Assembly: GCA_016926735.1 (NCBI GenBank) | Contig: JAFGOA010000024.1 | Span: 1 to 20,563, forward strand | Length of the DNA stretch: 20,563 bases | Source of the DNA: Promethearchaeota archaeon | GTDB taxonomy: Archaea > Asgardarchaeota > Lokiarchaeia > Sigyniarchaeales > SOKP01 | Direction of reading: 5' to 3' | Shown here: piece by piece, positions 18,887 through 20,563 of the stretch | How positions within the stretch are numbered: position 1 is the first letter of the stretch | Layout of the letters: every line of letters begins with the position of its first letter | Notes under the pieces: generated by a model | Databases searched by the model: none | Seen by the model: the letters and a program-made list of their open reading frames with translations, nothing else | Told to the model about the DNA's origin: nothing | Made by a program: the position numbers and the translations under genes

Positions 18887-19245
18887 AAAAAATAATTTTT
18901 TTATAATGATAAAGAATTACTTGATATAAATAGATTTTGCAAAAATTAACTATAGAATAGCTAAAATAAAACCAAATTCTCCATTTATTTTCTTTATCTT
19001 TTTAATAAATTCATAAATAATACTAAACAATCAAATTAGAGTTTTATTGAAGATAATAATAAATGTTGTCAAATGGAACATTCATTTTTTTAATTAAATT
19101 CTATGTAATAAAAATACTAACAAAAAATATTTCTTCAATTTCTTTATCATGATAATTCAAGAACACACCTTTCTTTAAAGGGATGATGAATTTTGCTTTA
19201 GAAAATCTTTAATCTTTAATCCTTTAAAAAAAAAAAGTATAAATA

Positions 19246-19261
19246 AAGAAACCTTTATTAA
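19246..19261 (+). promoter_or_regulatory. candidate BRE/TATA promoter for the third MPN gene
   Basis: AAGAAAcc-TTTATTAA ends 30 nt upstream of ATG 19292, with no SD. This fits a near-leaderless transcript, but the background is AT-rich. Confidence 0.35.
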
Positions 19262-19291
19262 CTATTTAAAAAATTCTCTCTTTTTAACAAT

Positions 19292-20242
19292 ATGACAGTA
19301 ATAATACCTAAAAAGGTCTATCAGACTATTGTTGCATGTTGTACTCGATTTGCAAACAAGAAAATATTTGAAGATGATTGGTTAGAAGTATATGGTGTTT
19401 TAATAGGAAAAAATGAGGGAAAAAATGTTCTTATATCGCAAGCATATCCAATCTGCCATCAAGAGAAAAATCCTGAGGATGTAATTGATAAAGTATATTG
19501 GAATGATGAAGATTATGAAAGCTTTAGTATTATTGATGATGAAGCATTTAATCGTGGAGAATTTACTGTAGGATGGTATCATAGTCATCCTGGTTTTAAG
19601 GTTATGATGTCTCAATTGGATGTAAAAACAACACTTTCCTACCAACAATTTAATCCTCAAGCAGTATCTTTAGTTTTCAATCCATCTCGTTTGGTAAGGC
19701 AAATAGAACTTCCTGATAAAAAAGGAAATCCTGTTATTCAACTAAAAAATGATCCTGGATTTAAAATTTATCGTCTTGATGATGTAAATAGAGGAATCGA
19801 AGCATCTTATCACGAAGTTGATTATGAAATTCAAGGATATGATAATATGGAACAATGTGTAAAATTAAATCAAAAATTTATTATAGATATCACAAATCTA
19901 TTGCCTCGTAATAATATAAATGAGTTTTATGATAAATTTGTGAATGAAAAAATAAATGATCTAAATTCCCGACTAGTAGGAACAGAAGAATATTTAAAAA
20001 CATTAGTTCGAAAAGGAGAAAAACAAAGAACTCAGGAGGTACTTGAAGAACAAATAAAAGAGATACGAAAATTCGCTGCTACAACTTATATGAATATTGA
20101 AATGATGAAAGAATTCTTAGATTATCTGGAATATAAAGAGAGAGAGATAATTATCCCAAAAGTAAAACAGATTCTATCAAAATGGGATGAAATGGCGACT
20201 AATTTAGAAAAAAAATTCCAAGAATTAGAAAATAAATTTTAA
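19292..20242 (+). CDS. MPN+/JAMM metalloprotease (Rpn11/CSN5-like) with helical C-terminal extension
   Basis: WLEVYGVLIG and TVGWYHSHPGFKVMMSQLDVKTTLSYQQFNPQAVSLVFNP closely follow the Rpn11 pattern VGWYHSHPGFGCWLS..D..TQ.SFEQLN.RAVAVV.DP; the JAMM motif is intact. Confidence 0.92.
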   Translation: MTVIIPKKVYQTIVACCTRFANKKIFEDDWLEVYGVLIGKNEGKNVLISQAYPICHQEKNPEDVIDKVYWNDEDYESFSIIDDEAFNRGEFTVGWYHSHPGFKVMMSQLDVKTTLSYQQFNPQAVSLVFNPSRLVRQIELPDKKGNPVIQLKNDPGFKIYRLDDVNRGIEASYHEVDYEIQGYDNMEQCVKLNQKFIIDITNLLPRNNINEFYDKFVNEKINDLNSRLVGTEEYLKTLVRKGEKQRTQEVLEEQIKEIRKFAATTYMNIEMMKEFLDYLEYKEREIIIPKVKQILSKWDEMATNLEKKFQELENKF

Positions 20243-20265
20243 ACTTATTTTAGATACTTAAATCC

Positions 20266-20433
20266 CTAACAATCATGTTCAGAATAACAAGCATCACAAA
20301 AATTTCTATTGCATTTTTCACACATTATAGCACATACATCACAAATCATATTTCCACATGTCTCACATGAGTATATTTCATCAAATTCTTCATTTTCTCC
20401 ACAATTGTTACATAATGTATATTTTTTATTCAT
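20266..20433 (-). CDS. 55-aa Cys-rich multi-zinc-finger microprotein (unannotated)
   Basis: Manual translation gives MNKKYTLCNNCGENEEFDEIYSCETCGNMICDVCAIMCEKCNRNFCDACYSEHDC*, with five CxxC plus a terminal HxC. An alternative in-frame ATG lies at 20445. Absent from the ORF track, probably because of its length. Confidence 0.85.
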   Translation of the reverse strand: MNKKYTLCNNCGENEEFDEIYSCETCGNMICDVCAIMCEKCNRNFCDACYSEHDC

Positions 20434-20563
20434 GTTCCAAATCATTATTTGTATAATTTAGGAGAAAATCATCCTTTTATTAATAAAAATATTTTTATTT
20501 TAAAATTAATAAATCTCCTTTAACTTTTTTTTTTAAAATCGAATATTAACATTAAAAAAAAAA

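Noticed and set aside
19183-19230. C/D box sRNA suggested by ATGATGA (box C)
   Set aside because: No CTGA box D at a suitable distance downstream.
2620-19660. Short overlapping ORFs (2620, 2672, 3632, 4246, 6120, 8825, 10023, 10684, 11902, 12161, 16768, 19400)
   Set aside because: All lie antisense or out of frame within better-supported genes and show no motifs.
16530-20242. Assigning gene symbols rpn11/csn5, or calling a CBASS/Bil-type JAB defence locus
   Set aside because: Orthology cannot be established by eye. There are no PCI subunits, ubiquitin-like protein, E1/E2 or nucleotidyltransferase in the window.
1-20563. CRISPR array, tRNA/rRNA, IS element or DGR
   Set aside because: No regularly spaced repeats, cloverleaf, transposase/integrase/RT motifs or TR-VR pair were seen; the only long duplication is the RCK gene pair.

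Overview
Very AT-rich archaeal DNA, most likely from an Asgard archaeon (Lokiarchaeia/Promethearchaeota). The assignment rests on an IPGY-TM-basic C-terminal sorting tail, several eukaryote-like Rpn11/CSN5-type MPN proteins, an AGGTGA Shine-Dalgarno and oligo-T terminators. The left half holds tandem-duplicated 2TM+2xRCK (TrkA-N) channel-like genes with no K+ filter signature, a nonsense-disrupted membrane protein gene, a sufC-sufB (SmsCB-type) Fe-S operon with a trailing wHTH gene, an ICMT/PEMT-family methyltransferase, an ArsR-like regulator and maa. It also holds an ~810-codon three-repeat surface-protein pseudogene that the ORF track splits into pieces. The right half is the most interesting part. 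It carries three MPN/JAB paralogs, including a co-transcribed tandem pair in which one copy has an intact JAMM motif and the other has lost it; both have long coiled-coil tails, as in Rpn11/Rpn8, CSN5/CSN6 or BRCC36/Abraxas heterodimers. Around them lie a zinc-ribbon protein, an unannotated 55-aa 11-Cys zinc-finger microprotein, a small winged-helix protein and a 10-TM protein with two internal winged-helix-like repeats. No rRNA, tRNA, CRISPR array or mobile element was recognised.
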